A stretch of DNA of 59,597 nucleotides, filler included, from Trypethelium eluteriae (lineage: Eukaryota): assembly GCA_051942245.1 (NCBI GenBank). It is 2 parts of 2 records of this genome, joined end to end, with 100 filler letters (N's around TTAATTAATTAA, not from the genome) between each part and the next. Parts side by side here need not be neighbours in the genome. Positions count along the whole stretch, not along the records: positions 29,890 to 59,597 come from JAVECL010000289.1; 1 more part is not named here. One strand, written 5' to 3'. Positions 35,520 to 48,453 of this stretch are shown here, in pieces. The notes under the pieces are model-generated. The model ran no database searches. It was not told the origin of the DNA and saw only the letters and a list, made by a program, of their open reading frames with translations. The translations under genes and the position numbers were made by a program. Positions within the stretch are counted from its first letter, which is position 1. Each line of letters opens with the position of its first letter.

Positions 35520-37100
35520 ATGGAGACTCAATCGGCGACCTTCAAGGAACATTACGCATTGCAGACATTTGAATGGATCGATCAATCAAGAGATGGTCAT
35601 GTACCCAAAGGAGCTACTCGGAGAGCCATTCGGCGTCACGCGATGCGAAGTGCAGGGACTGCGAGAAAGCAGGGCGGAGTCTATGGGAAGACAAACCTGC
35701 GCCAGGAACCAGTCTTTGTGGATGAAGTGATAGACCAGCCGAACTCTTCGCTTCCACGATCACAGTCGCAGTCACAGTCCTGGTCGTCATTACCGTCACC
35801 CGAGCAGGACGCAGGCAACTCAATGAGGAGCGACACGTACCGATACGGCATAAATGATACCTTTCAGGCCGCCGGCTTTCGACCTTCTACGCCGATACCA
35901 GCCTCATTGTCTAGCACTGGGTACCAGCTTCTCAAACAAGAGTACGGAGTCGATCTCGCGCGGCTGGCTACTTTAGCTGAAGTGCATTTCGGCCGCGCGA
36001 CCTGCCGTATTTTATCCCAACAGCCTTCGATATTGAAATTCATTTGCTCGGACGATACGATATCATACCTAAGATATGTCCCAGCCCTCTACGATCACTG
36101 CGCCTTGATCCAGGCTGTGACTCGATGTACACTCGCTCGAATGCAACAATGTCTTAGCCCCAGCCCAACTGCACTATCTGCATCCGTACTGAAGCATTAT
36201 GAAAAGGCTCTTCAGAGACTCCAGCAAGCACTGAACGATCCTGCATGTCTTTACGAGCCAGTTGTGCTTTGTGCAACCCAGATTCTTGCTCTATTTGAGC
36301 TCCTCAATTTCTCCGAGAACGGGGCTTGGATTCGCCATGTGGCTGGAGCTGCAAGGCTGATCGAGTTACGTGGTCCACAGGGGTACCGTACAGAGTTTGA
36401 AAAAGCACTCTTCATGGCCCAAGCGGGACCCCTATTTTCCGAATCACTGCTGAATAATGAAGCGTGTTTTCTGGAGAGGCCAGAGTGGCAAGTTGTGGTG
36501 AAGTCCATGGCCATTGGAGGCGACAAATTTGGTAGTCGGAGTCAGTTAAGCATATCATTATGGATGATGAAATACCGCGTTCCGGGCCTCATGAGAAGGA
36601 CGACTGAGCTGGTATGTTCGGACAAGCACGTCGACCCTTGCGATGTTGAACGCCTACTTCAAGAAGCACGCGACCTTCGAAAGCGATTTCAGGAGTGGCG
36701 ATTCACATACGATTGCATTATGGAGAACCGGACGAGACAGACAATGCGTAGTTGCGAGTATAACAAAGCACGAAATTTGCTTGCCGTCTGTGTTACTGAC
36801 CTCGTCCTGATGGCCCGAATTATATTTGCTCTAGATCCGGTGAATAGCTCGGAAATGGAAGATGAAGCTCAGGCAATGGGCGGTCTGATTGTGGCTTTGG
36901 AGCAAGAGGCTGCAACTATCAGTGTCACGGCAGCCCTCTTTATGACACAGAAACTAGCCGTTGCGCAGGCAATCATGGCGACTGAGCATGACTGGCGGAA
37001 AGCGACGTGGCAGCAGATCACAGATGGTAGAGGAAGAAAGATGATCGACCGCCAAGTCTTTGAGAGATGGTGCACACTTTTAGGGAGGAAGACGACCTAA
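35520..37100 (+). CDS. Fungal-specific transcription-factor-like protein without a Zn2Cys6 cluster
   Basis: 526-aa uninterrupted ORF; basic RRAIRRHAMR; YEKALQRLQQALNDP..LCATQILALFELL..WIRHVAGAARLIELRGP..CFLERPEW. Confidence 0.75.
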   Translation: METQSATFKEHYALQTFEWIDQSRDGHVPKGATRRAIRRHAMRSAGTARKQGGVYGKTNLRQEPVFVDEVIDQPNSSLPRSQSQSQSWSSLPSPEQDAGNSMRSDTYRYGINDTFQAAGFRPSTPIPASLSSTGYQLLKQEYGVDLARLATLAEVHFGRATCRILSQQPSILKFICSDDTISYLRYVPALYDHCALIQAVTRCTLARMQQCLSPSPTALSASVLKHYEKALQRLQQALNDPACLYEPVVLCATQILALFELLNFSENGAWIRHVAGAARLIELRGPQGYRTEFEKALFMAQAGPLFSESLLNNEACFLERPEWQVVVKSMAIGGDKFGSRSQLSISLWMMKYRVPGLMRRTTELVCSDKHVDPCDVERLLQEARDLRKRFQEWRFTYDCIMENRTRQTMRSCEYNKARNLLAVCVTDLVLMARIIFALDPVNSSEMEDEAQAMGGLIVALEQEAATISVTAALFMTQKLAVAQAIMATEHDWRKATWQQITDGRGRKMIDRQVFERWCTLLGRKTT

Positions 37101-37683
37101 GCGCCGGTTTGCAGTAAATATGCTGGCTGTTTCCAATATTCTTGGGTACTTAGAAGACAATTCAAACTTATCATGGTGATCAAGAGTCGAGCTGTGTCAT
37201 CTAAGGCAGAACCTAAGTCTCGTGAGGGACCCACTGGACCTCAGGTGGTGTATCCCTTCCTCTTTGTTCAAACGGCGCACCTAGATCTTGCAGGTGTGAG
37301 TAGAGAGTGTGAAGGATTCTTAATTAGTAAAGAGCTGTTATGTGACATAGGCGAGGTTTATTAGATAGTGTAGATGAAATTCAACCTGGGCTGCCTTGTG
37401 TTCATGAGCTGAAAGACGCAGAGTGAGTTTGCATCGCAGCATGGCCCGTGCGCCCGCGACCTGCTTCCCCCAAACGAACAGCAACATTATCCCAAGCCAA
37501 GCTCCTGTCTGCTACAGTACCAACCCCATCTCCCTCCACCACACTCCTTCACGACTCTCTTAATATTCTGCAGCCCATTTTCCATTGCTCTTCGACTGAC
37601 TTGCCCCTTGAGTCATTTGCATCGGAACGAGCAGTTAGGGAGGCAGCGGTCGTTGATGAGGCCGCGTCTCGGGGGTTGTAATC

Positions 37684-40600
37684 ATGGCTCCACTACCGAT
37701 CAAGTTTAATGAGCTTCTTCAGGTGCGCTTTCTTTCTGAAATACTAGATCTCGAAGTACTGACTTAGCCGGATGCAGCTGACTTCAGTCGGCATACAAGT
37801 ACGCAGACTACCTGTGCCCCGTTCGGCGCATACTGAGCACGCTGCTCAACCTTTCTAATCATACTAACTTCCCCTACAGCCGGCGTCCATTGGCTTCAAT
37901 TCTTGTGTGAGTTTGTTGTATCAGGTTTGTAATACTGCCTGCTGATCAGTGTTGCAGACGCTCGAGTCCGACCACTACGTATGCGTTCGCGAAAAGGCCG
38001 ACGAGAATGCCTCACCTGAAGTTGTCATCATCGATCTAAAAAATAACAACAATGTCATACGGCGACCGATCAAGGCAGACAGTGCTATCATGCACTGGTC
38101 GCAGCAGATCATTGCTTTGAAGGCTCAGCAACGAACGTTGCAAATTTTCGACCTCGGCCAGAAAGCCAAGCTGAAGGCTGCCAATATGAACGACGATGTT
38201 GTGTTTTGGAAGTGGTATTCAAAAGACTCTATCGGTCTCGTTACGGATACGAGCATATATCACTGGAACATTATGGATCCGTCGCAAAGCGCTCCCGGCA
38301 AAGTCTTCGACAGAAGCCAAAACCTCAGCGTCAGTATATTCCAAGTCTTTAGTGTATCTTCTTGTCTCAAACTACATTACAGGGCGCCCAAATCATCAAT
38401 TACCGCGTCAGCGATGACGAAAAGTGGATGGTCTGCATAGGAATTTCACAACAACAAGGTCGCGTGGTAGGTGCGATGCAACTGTATTCAAAAGAACGGG
38501 GCATCAGTCAATCCATCGAGGGCCATGCTGCAGCATTTGGAACTCTAAGATTGGAGGGTGCTTCAGCAGACACAAAGGTCTTCACCTTTGCCGTGCGATC
38601 CGCGAACGGGGCCAAGTTGCATGTAGTTGAGATTGACGCGCAACCGTCAAATCCCCGGTTTCCGAAGCAGGCAAAGGATATTTATTTCCCAGCCGAGGCA
38701 ACAAACGACTTTCCTGTTGCACTTCAGGTCTCCCAAAAGTACGGTCTTATCTACATCATCACGAAATATGGATTTATTCACATCCATGACTTGGAAACCG
38801 CGAACCCCATCTTCATGAATCGAATCTCGAGTGACACCATCTTCGTCACCTCCCCTGACTCTGAAGCAGCCGGTGTTGTTGGTGTAAACAGAAAGGGCCA
38901 GGTCCTGTCCGTTAGCGTGGATGACACTACAGTTATTCCATACCTCATGGAAAATCCTGCAAATAGCCAGCTCGCCTACAAGCTTGCTTCTCGAGCAAAC
39001 TTACCAGGAGCTGATCACCTATATCAACAGCAGTTCCAGAACCTTCTTAGCGCACAACAGTACGTTGAGGCCGCCAAAGTTGCTGCAAATTCGCCGCGCG
39101 GCTTCTTGCGAACACCACAAACTATCGAGCAGTTCAAGCGTGTTCCTCAGGAGCCCAACCAACTCTCTGTGATCCTCCAATACTTTGGTATGCTTTTGGA
39201 CAAGGGTGGCTTAAACAAATACGAAACCCTGGAACTGGTACGACCTGTCTTGATGCAAAATCGAAAGCACTTGCTGGAGAAATGGCTCAAAGAAGATAAG
39301 CTGGACTGTTCTGAAGAGCTTGGTGACATTGTTCGACCACACGATGTGAACCTGGCGCTGCAAATCTACCTTAAGGCCAACGTGCCCGGAAAAGTCATTG
39401 CTGCGTTCGCCGAGTCTGGGCAGTTTGACAAGATCTTGCCATATGCGAAACAAGCGAGCTACACTCCCGATTTTAACGGCCTACTCCAGCACGTGATCCG
39501 CATGAATCCAGAGAAGGGGACTGAATTCGCCACGGCGCTGGCAAAGGATGAAAATGGTCCGCTCATCGACATTGACCGGGCAGTCGACATATTCCAGTCT
39601 CAAGGAATGATCCAGCAGGCCACAGCTTTCCTTTTGGACGTTCTCTCTGCGAACAGACCTGAGCAAGGCCATTTGCAGACCAAGCTACTGGAGATGAATC
39701 TTCTAAACGCACCGCAAGTTGCTGATGCCATCCTAGGCAATGACATGTTCTCTCACTACGATCGTCAACGCATTGCGAAGCTCTGCGAGGGTGCCGGTCT
39801 TGCTGCAAGAGCTTTGGACCATTACGACGATCCTGCAGATATCAAACGTGTCATCGTCCAAACCGACAACATCTCCGAAGAATGGCTTATTAATTACTTT
39901 GGCAAGCTCACAGTCGAGAACTCGTTGGACTGCATGAACGAGATGCTTCGTGTCAACATTCGACAGAATTTGCAAGCCGTGATTCACATTGCTCAAAAAT
40001 ACTCTGATCTGCTTGGAGCAAATAATATCATCGAACTTCTTGAGAAGTATCGAACCGCTGAAGGTCTCTACTATTATCTTGGAGGCATTGTGAATATCAC
40101 CGAGGACAAGGACGTCACATTCAAGTACATCGAGGCTGCCACGCGGATGGGACAAATGAACGAAGTCGAGCGTGTTTGCCGTGATAGCAATGCCTACGAC
40201 CCAGAAAAGGTTAAGAACTTTTTGAAGGAGGCTCGCCTCACGGAGCAATTGCCATTGATCATCGTTTGCGACCGCTTCAACATGATTCACGACCTCATCC
40301 TTTATCTATATCAGAATCAGCAGTTCAAGTCGATCGAGATCTATGTGCAAAGAGTCAATCCCTCCCGTACTCCAGCCGTTGTTGGCGGCTTGTTGGACGT
40401 TGACTGCGACGAAGGCGTCATCAAGAATCTGTTAGCATCTGTCAGCCCACAGTCCATTCCGATTGATGACCTCGTCTCCGAAGTCGAATCGCGGAACCGG
40501 TTAAAGCTTTTGCTCCCATTCCTTGAGGCTACCTTGGCAAGCGGTAATCAGCAGCAAGCAGTCTATAACGCTCTTGCAAAGATTTACATTGACTCAAACA

Positions 40601-43067
40601 ACAATCCGGAGAAATTCCTAAAAGAGAACGACCAGTACGATCCGCTGACCGTCGGAAAATACTGCGAGAAGCGGGATCCCAACCTTGCATACATTGCCTA
40701 TAGGAAAGGGCAGAATGATCTTGAGCTCATCAGCATCACAAACGAGAATTCAATGTTCCGCGCACAAGCACAATACCTACTTGAGCGTGAAGATCTTGAG
40801 ATCTGGGAGTATGTTCTCAGCCCGAACAACATCCATCGTAGATCAGTTGTGGATCAGGTCATATCCACGGCAGTCCCCAATTCACAAGATCCTGAAAAGG
40901 TCTCTGTTGCCGTTAAGGCCTTCATTCAAAGCGATATGCCGACTGAATTAATCGAGCTTCTGGAAAAGATCATCCTCGAACCCTCGAGCTTCAGCGACAA
41001 TTCAAGTTTGCAAAATCTCCTCATGCTTACTGCGGCCAAGTCAGACCGTGGGCGACTGATGAATTACATTCAGCAACTCTCAGCATATACCCCTGAGGAC
41101 ATCGCAGCCCAATGTATCGAGCTTGGAATGTACGAGGAGGCTTTCGAGATCTTCAAAAAGGACAATAAACATGCCGAAGCGATGGATGTTCTTGTCAACA
41201 ACATTGTCAGCATTGACCGAGCGTTCGACTATGCAGAGCGCGTCGACACGCCAGATGTTTGGAGCAAGGTTGCTAAGGCGCAATTGGACGGCCTCCGGGT
41301 GACCGATTCCATTGACTCTTACATCAAAGCACAGGACGCTTCGAATTTCAATGAGGTCATCGACATTGCTACACATGCTGGAAAGGATGACGACCTTATC
41401 AAATACTTACGCATGGCCCGGAAGACTCTCCGAGAGCCTGCTATTGATACTGGTCTTGCTTTCTGCTTTGCTCGCACGCAACAGCTTCCTGAGCTCGAAG
41501 AGTTCCTACGCGGTCCCAATGTTGCTGATATCGAAGCCTCGGGCGATAAGGCGTACGAAGAAGGGTATCACGAGGCTGCTAAGATCTTCTTCACGAGTAT
41601 CTCCAACTGGGCCAAGCTGGCAACGACCTTGGTCCACTTGGAAGATTACCAAGGAGCTGTCGAATGCGCCCGCAAAGCTAATAGTGTCAAGGTCTGGAAG
41701 CAAGTTAACGAAGCGTGTGTCGCCAAGAAAGAGTTCCGTCTCGCTCAGATTTGCGGTCTTAGCCTCATCGTCCACGCCGAAGAGCTCGCCGACCTGGTCA
41801 AGCAATACGAGCGTCAAGGTTACTTCGACGAACTGATTGCTCTTTTGGAAGCTGGTCTAGGTCTTGAGCGAGCACACATGGGCATGTTTACTGAGCTTGG
41901 CATTGCTCTCTCCAAATACCATCCTGAACGCGTGATGGAGCATCTCCGTTTGTTCTGGTCCCGTATCAATATTCCCAAGATGATTCGTGCATGCGAGGAG
42001 GCACATCTCTGGCCAGAACTTGTTTTCTTGTACGGTCACTACGACGAATGGGACAATGCAGCGCTTGCCATGATGGAGCGATCATCGGACGCCTGGGAGC
42101 ACCATTCATTCAAGGACACCATCATCAAGGTTGCCAATCTCGAAATCTACTACCGTGCCCTTAACTTTTATTTGGAGCAACAGCCATCGCTCATCACCGA
42201 CTTGCTGCAAGCACTCACCCCTCGTATTGATGTGAATCGTGTTGTACGCATGTTTGAGAAGTCTGACAACATCCCACTTATCAAGCCATTTTTGCTTAAC
42301 GTCCAAGCGCAAAACAAGAAGGCTGTCAATAACGCGATTAACGATCTCTTGATTGAGGAAGAGGACTACAAAACGCTCCGAGACTCGGTTGAGAATTATG
42401 ACAACTATGATCCCGTCGACTTGGCGCAGCGGCTAGAGAAGCACGATCTGGTTTTCTTCAGGCAGATCGCTGCAAATATCTACCGTAAAAACAAGCGGTG
42501 GCAGAAATCGATTGAGCTCTCGAAGCAAGATAAGCTGTATAAGGATGCTATTGAGACTGCTGCTATTTCCGGTAGAACTGATGTTGTGGAGGAGCTATTA
42601 CAATACGTGAGTTTGGGCTTTTTACCGGCTACAGTGCTCGCGACTAATTTCATTCAGTTCGTTGGTATAGGTAGTCGCGAATGCTACGTCGGGATGCTTT
42701 ACGCTTGCTATGACCTGATCCCTCTCCATACGGTCATGGAGCTCTCGTGGCGCCACGGCCTCACCGACTTCACCATGGTAAGTCGAACTTCCTCGTCTGT
42801 GAAGAAATCCAACTGACCGAGTAAATCCAGCCATTCATGATCAACTTCATGGCACAACAATCGGCTACCATCGAACAGCTCAAGAAAGACAACGAGGAAC
42901 GTAAGGCCAAAGAAGCCTCGCAGCAGAAGGAAGCCGACGATACGCCTATTCTAGGCGGGTCACGGCTGATGCTCACACAAGGTCCAGTCAACAACGCACC
43001 AAGCCCGGCACCGTACGGCCAAGTGAATGGGATTGCGCCCCAGCCTACCGGTTTCCGAGCTTTCTAG
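37684..43067 (+). CDS. CHC1: Clathrin heavy chain
   Basis: MAPLPIKFNELLQ|LTSVGIQ|PASIGFNSC|TLESDHYVCVRE (5' micro-exons); RRPIKADSAIMH; CEKRDPNLAYIAY; GLERAHMGMFTEL; ends PQPTGFRAF*. Confidence 0.98.
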
Positions 43068-44356
43068 ATTGAGAAAGGGTGTGGTAATGATATGGTGAGA
43101 AGGTTTTCGAGAAACAACTAATGCTAGTCCTGGTTCAGGCCTCCTCTTGACGCCTCTTCATAGGCCTGCGAAAACCGATTGTAGGCTGATATGTACTTCC
43201 TCCGACTTTTTGAACTTTGTTACTTGTGCAGGTCACATTCATAGCCTGGCACAAAAGGGATTGCTATGGTGGACGGGGCTTCTCTGTACTCTAGATATGA
43301 TTTTTTTTGGTGTCTCTAAATTGATACTAGTATACCCTGCATAAGCCATTCTTCTCTACTGCACCCGGATGATGTACATTGCGACTGCGGTGAGACGCAG
43401 CCAAGGTGGCCAAGAGGGCGATCTCTCGAGAAGGTAAGTGGGTACCTGCAGATAGCTTATCAATCCCCGTCGCCGAGACCATTTACGAAACCGTTTGATT
43501 AAGATCCGCGCCGAGTAGTGAGCTGGCGGTGTGCGCGGTATGCTTCGGATACGATTGCGCCGGACTCGTTCTCCTTGGTAGAGCGGACATTAGTTTGGCA
43601 GTGATATCGTGGCTATCTGGACTACGATAATTATCGGCATTGAGTGCAGAGGCGGAAGGGATAGAAGCCGAGAGGGGGTGTTTACGTCTCGACGTTTGGT
43701 CTTCGGAGCCAATCCACGAGTACCGAGGATGCTCGTGAGGAGATGGGGATGATAAAAGCATGAGGTATCCCGTCACCCCGTACGTAGTTCTACTAGGTAG
43801 TCACGGTAGTGTTGAGCCATCCACGCCATCTTTGGTGGGGCAAGTACGGTAGCTTCCCCCCGGCCGCAGCTTCCCAAGCTGTGTGAGCGAGACTTGGCGT
43901 CACTGAGCTCGGGCGTCGGTATGCGGGCAGCTTAGACAAGGCAAGCCAAACTATTCACCTATTCAACAATTCAAAACCGCGCGCTCGCCCACCATGTCTA
44001 TCATCTTCCTACCCGCATCTGGACGCTTCCATTGCTCTTGAGCACAATTGGCTTGATCTCAGCCTTGCCGCACCTGAAACTGCTTCCGGGCAGCCTGACG
44101 GCCGTCCCGCATTCCGGGAGACACACCGACGTGTTGTATACGTTGTACGGAGTACATAAGCTTAGCTGTTCAGAAGTACTCTTAGCCTCGCGCCGCATTG
44201 GAAGAGCAAGTTCTTGGGAGCTGGGTATACCGCGGAACTATCCCTCAGAATTTCCCCTGGATTCCCTCATCATTTAGAAAGTTTGAACCTCGTCTCTGAC
44301 CAAACACTCGCCCCACTATCCATCCCGCTCCCCTCATTCCATCCCACCCGTTCAAA

Positions 44357-47300
44357 ATGACGGACATTACCACAGACGCTCGCACCTCGCAGAGTGCGAT
44401 TGCGGAGGATCATGATGACCACCATCATATTCACAGGGACTCAGTCCATCAGCGTCTTCGAGCAAATAGCTCAATTATGCAATTGAACAAGATCCTAGGT
44501 ATGTACTCACTCCTTAAGCTTTGTTTGCTCGGGGCAGACGAGACACTCGCCCAAATCCCGAAGAAGACGAACAGAAATGCGATGAGAACACTTTTGAAAG
44601 CGGTCACTTGCTGACAACGACTCCTCGGGCAGTGGCCAACCGTGGCGAAATCCCAATTCGCATCTTCCGTACCGCCCACGAGCTTTCGCTGCAGACCGTC
44701 GCCGTCTTCAGTTACGAGGACCGTCTCTCCATGCACCGTCAAAAGGCTGACGAGGCCTATGTCATTGGCAAGCGAGGTCAGTATACGCCAGTCGCGGCAT
44801 ACCTAGCAGGTGACGAGATCATCAAAATCGCAAAACAGCACGATGTGAATATGATTCACCCTGGTTATGGCTTCTTGAGCGAAAACGCCGAGTTCGCTCG
44901 GAAGGTTGAGAAGGCGGGTCTCATCTTCGTTGGGCCCACACCAGATACCATCGATGGTCTGGGAGATAAGGTGAGCGCGAGGCGACTGGCTCAGAAGACG
45001 GGCGTGCCTTGTGTGCCCGGAACTCCCGGTCCGGTAGAGAAGTTTGAGGAGGTGAAGAGCTTCACAGATGAGTACGGATTCCCCATCATCATCAAAGCTG
45101 CCTTTGGTGGTGGTGGACGTGGTATGAGAGTTGTTCGTGATCAAGAATCACTGAAAGACTCATTTGAACGCGCTACCTCTGAGGCCAAATCTGCCTTTGG
45201 AAACGGTACAGTCTTCGTAGAGCGTTTCTTGGACAAGCCAAAACACATTGAGGTGCAGCTGCTAGGTGATAACCACGGAAATGTTGTACACTTGTACGAG
45301 CGTGATTGCAGTGTACAGCGTCGGCATCAAAAGGTAGTCGAGCTTGCACCTGCAAAGGACTTGCCTGAGGAGACTAGAGACGCAATCTTGAACGACGCTG
45401 TCAAGCTTGCAAGATCGGTCAACTACCGGAATGCAGGTACTGCCGAATTCTTGGTGGACCAGCAGAATCGATATTACTTCATCGAAATCAATCCTCGAAT
45501 GTAAGTGCCGCTCATAGTCTCTTTGATACTTCGACAAGCTACTAAAAACTTCTCAGTCAAGTGGAACACACAATTACCGAAGAAATCACTGGTATCGATA
45601 TTGTTGCTGCTCAGATCCAGATCGCTGCTGGAGCGTCTCTACAACAGCTTGGCCTAACCCAGGACAAAATCTCTACTCGGGGATTTGCCATTCAGTGCCG
45701 TATCACAACCGAAGACCCGGCAAAGGGCTTCTCTCCTGATACCGGTAAAATTGAAGTCTACCGGTCTGCTGGTGGTAATGGTGTACGTCTGGACGGTGGT
45801 AATGGCTTTGCTGGTGCAATTATTTCTCCCCATTACGATTCTATGTTGGTCAAGTGCACATGCCATGGTTCAACGTATGAAATTGCACGACGAAAAATGT
45901 TGCGTGCGCTCGTTGAATTCCGCATCCGTGGTGTCAAGACGAATATTCCGTTCCTGGCTTCTTTGCTTACGCATCCAACGTTTATCGAATCAAACTGCTG
46001 GACTACCTTCATTGATGATACTCCATCACTATTCACTCTTGTTGGGAGCCAGAATCGTGCACAGAAACTGCTTGCCTACTTAGGTGACCTGGCTGTTAAT
46101 GGCAGTCAAATTAAGGGGCAAATTGGCGAGCCTAAATTCAAGGGTGATATTATCATGCCTACACTCAAGACGAGGGATGGCCACACAATCGATAGCACTG
46201 AGCCAAATAAGAAGGGCTGGAGAAATATTATAGTGGAGCAAGGGCCCGCTGCTTTCGCTAAAGCTCTGCGTAAAAATGAAGGAATGGTCCTCATGGATAC
46301 TACCTGGCGTGATGCTCACCAATCGCTCCTAGCAACGCGTGTCCGGACAGTCGACCTCCTCAACATTGCGAAGGAGACGAGCTACGCCTACGGCAACGGT
46401 ATCCTAGAGTGCTGGGGAGGGGCGACATTCGATGTTGCGATGCGCTTCTTATATGAAGATCCTTGGGACAGGTTGCGCAAGATGCGGAAACTAGTACCTA
46501 ACATCCCCTTCCAAATGCTTCTCCGTGGAGCAAATGGTGTCGCTTATTCATCGTAAGCCTTCGTGAGAAAACAACTTTTGAAGCTAAAACTGACTACCCA
46601 CAGCCTCCCTGACAATGCCATTTACCATTTCTGTGAGCAAGCACGGAAACACGGTGTAGATATCTTCCGCGTCTTCGATGCGCTGAATGACGCCGACCAG
46701 CTAGAAGTTGGTGTCAAAGCCGTGTTGAAAGCAAACGGCGTGGCAGAAGGTACACTCTGCTATAGCGGCGATATGCTGAACCCCAAGAAGAAATATAACC
46801 TTGAGTATTACATGGACCTTGTGGACAAGATTGTCAAAATGGGGTCCCACATCATTGGCATCAAAGATATGGCTGGCGTACTCAAGCCTAAGGCTGCCAC
46901 TCAACTCGTCGGCTCCATCCGTCAAAAATACCCCGACATCCCCATTCACGTCCATTGCCACGACTCTGCCGGGACAGGTGTTGCGACTTACGTTGCGTGT
47001 GCTGAAGCGGGTGCCGACGCCGTTGACACCGCTACTGACAGCATGTCTGGCATGACTTCTCAACCCAGCGTCGGCGCTTTGCTCGCCTCTCTCGAAGGCG
47101 GCAAGCATGATCCAGGCATGGACCTCGACCAAATTCGTGCCATTGACGGCTACTGGGCACAGCTTCGCCTCCTCTACTCTCCCTTCGAAGCCGGCCTCAC
47201 CGGGCCCGACCCAGAAGTCTACGAGCACGAGATCCCCGGTGGCCAACTCACGAACCTCATCTTCCAAGCCTCACAACAAGGCCTCGGCGAGCAATGGGCC

Positions 47301-48249
47301 CAAACCAAGAAAGCCTACGAACAAGCCAACGACCTCCTCGGCGACATCGTCAAAGTGACCCCCACCTCCAAAGTCGTGGGCGACCTCGCCCAATTCATGG
47401 TCTCCAACAACCTCTCGCCCGACGCGGTCGTCGAACGCGCCGAATCCCTCGATTTCCCCTCTTCCGTTCTCGAATTCTTCGAGGGGCTCATGGGCCAACC
47501 CTACAAGGGCTTTCCGGAGCCGTTGCGCACGCAGGCGCTGCGCGGCCGGCGCAAGATGGACAAGCGTCCCGGCCTGTACCTCGAGCCCATGAACCTCGAC
47601 AAGGTGCGCGCCGATCTTCGCGAGAAGTACGGGCACGCCTCGGAGACGGACGTCGCCAGCTACGCCATGTATCCCAAGGTGTTCGAGGACTATAAGAAGT
47701 TCGTCGCCAAGTACGGCGACCTCAGCGTCTTGCCAACTAAGTACTTCCTCGCGAAGCCCGAGATCGGCGAGGAGTTCAACGTCGAGCTGGAGAAGGGCAA
47801 GGTGCTGATTCTGAAGTTGTTGGCGGTCGGGCCCCTGAGCGAGCAGACGGGCCAGAGAGAAGTATTTTACGAGATGAATGGTGAGGTCAGGCAGGTCAGT
47901 GTGGATGATGTGCATGCGGCGGTGGAGAACAAGAGTCGGCCGAAGGCGGACCTGGGTGATAGCAGTCAGGTGGGGGCGCCGATGAGTGGGGTTGTGGTGG
48001 AGGTGCGGGTGCATGAGGGCGGTGAAGTCAAGAAGGGAGATCCGATTGCCATTTTGAGCGCGATGAAGATGGTAAGTTTTTCAATTTCCTTCGACAAACT
48101 TCGGTTGTCCGTGGAAAAGGTTGAAGCTAACCATGAATCTCTAGGAAATGGTCATCTCTGCCCCGCATTCTGGCAAGATTGGTGGGTTGGAAGTCAAGGA
48201 CGGAGACTCGGTGGATGGGCAGGACCTGATCTGCAAGATCACAAAATAA
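44357..48249 (+). CDS. PYC: Pyruvate carboxylase
   Basis: KIL|VANRGEIPIRIFR, HPGYGFLSEN, GGGGRGMR, ERDCSVQRRHQK, DTTWRDAHQSLLATR, biotinyl motif AMKM|EM; four introns; ends DLICKITK*. Confidence 0.98.
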
Positions 48250-48453
48250 AAGGACCAAGTGATGTAGAACTACGGCCGGACTACTCGTCGCGGGATCGTA
48301 TGGCTGATGCCGGATTAGAACTTATCGGTGGCTGAAGTGTCATATAATTTTCTCTATTATGTGGTCTGAAAGCCATGACTTATGCTTGCTTGTTTCATTT
48401 CCCACTAATTACGGCAGTCCAGATTCAGAGTGATAGTCCCAGTGGTAGCCAAC

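Noticed and set aside
47271..48014. 247-aa antisense ORF in PYC, and similar ones in CHC1, MET5 and eIF3j
   Set aside because: Expected shadow of biased codon usage; no independent motifs.
37684..48249. CHC1-PYC adjacency as a functional cluster
   Set aside because: To my recollection this is ordinary conserved microsynteny in filamentous ascomycetes; no functional link is evident.
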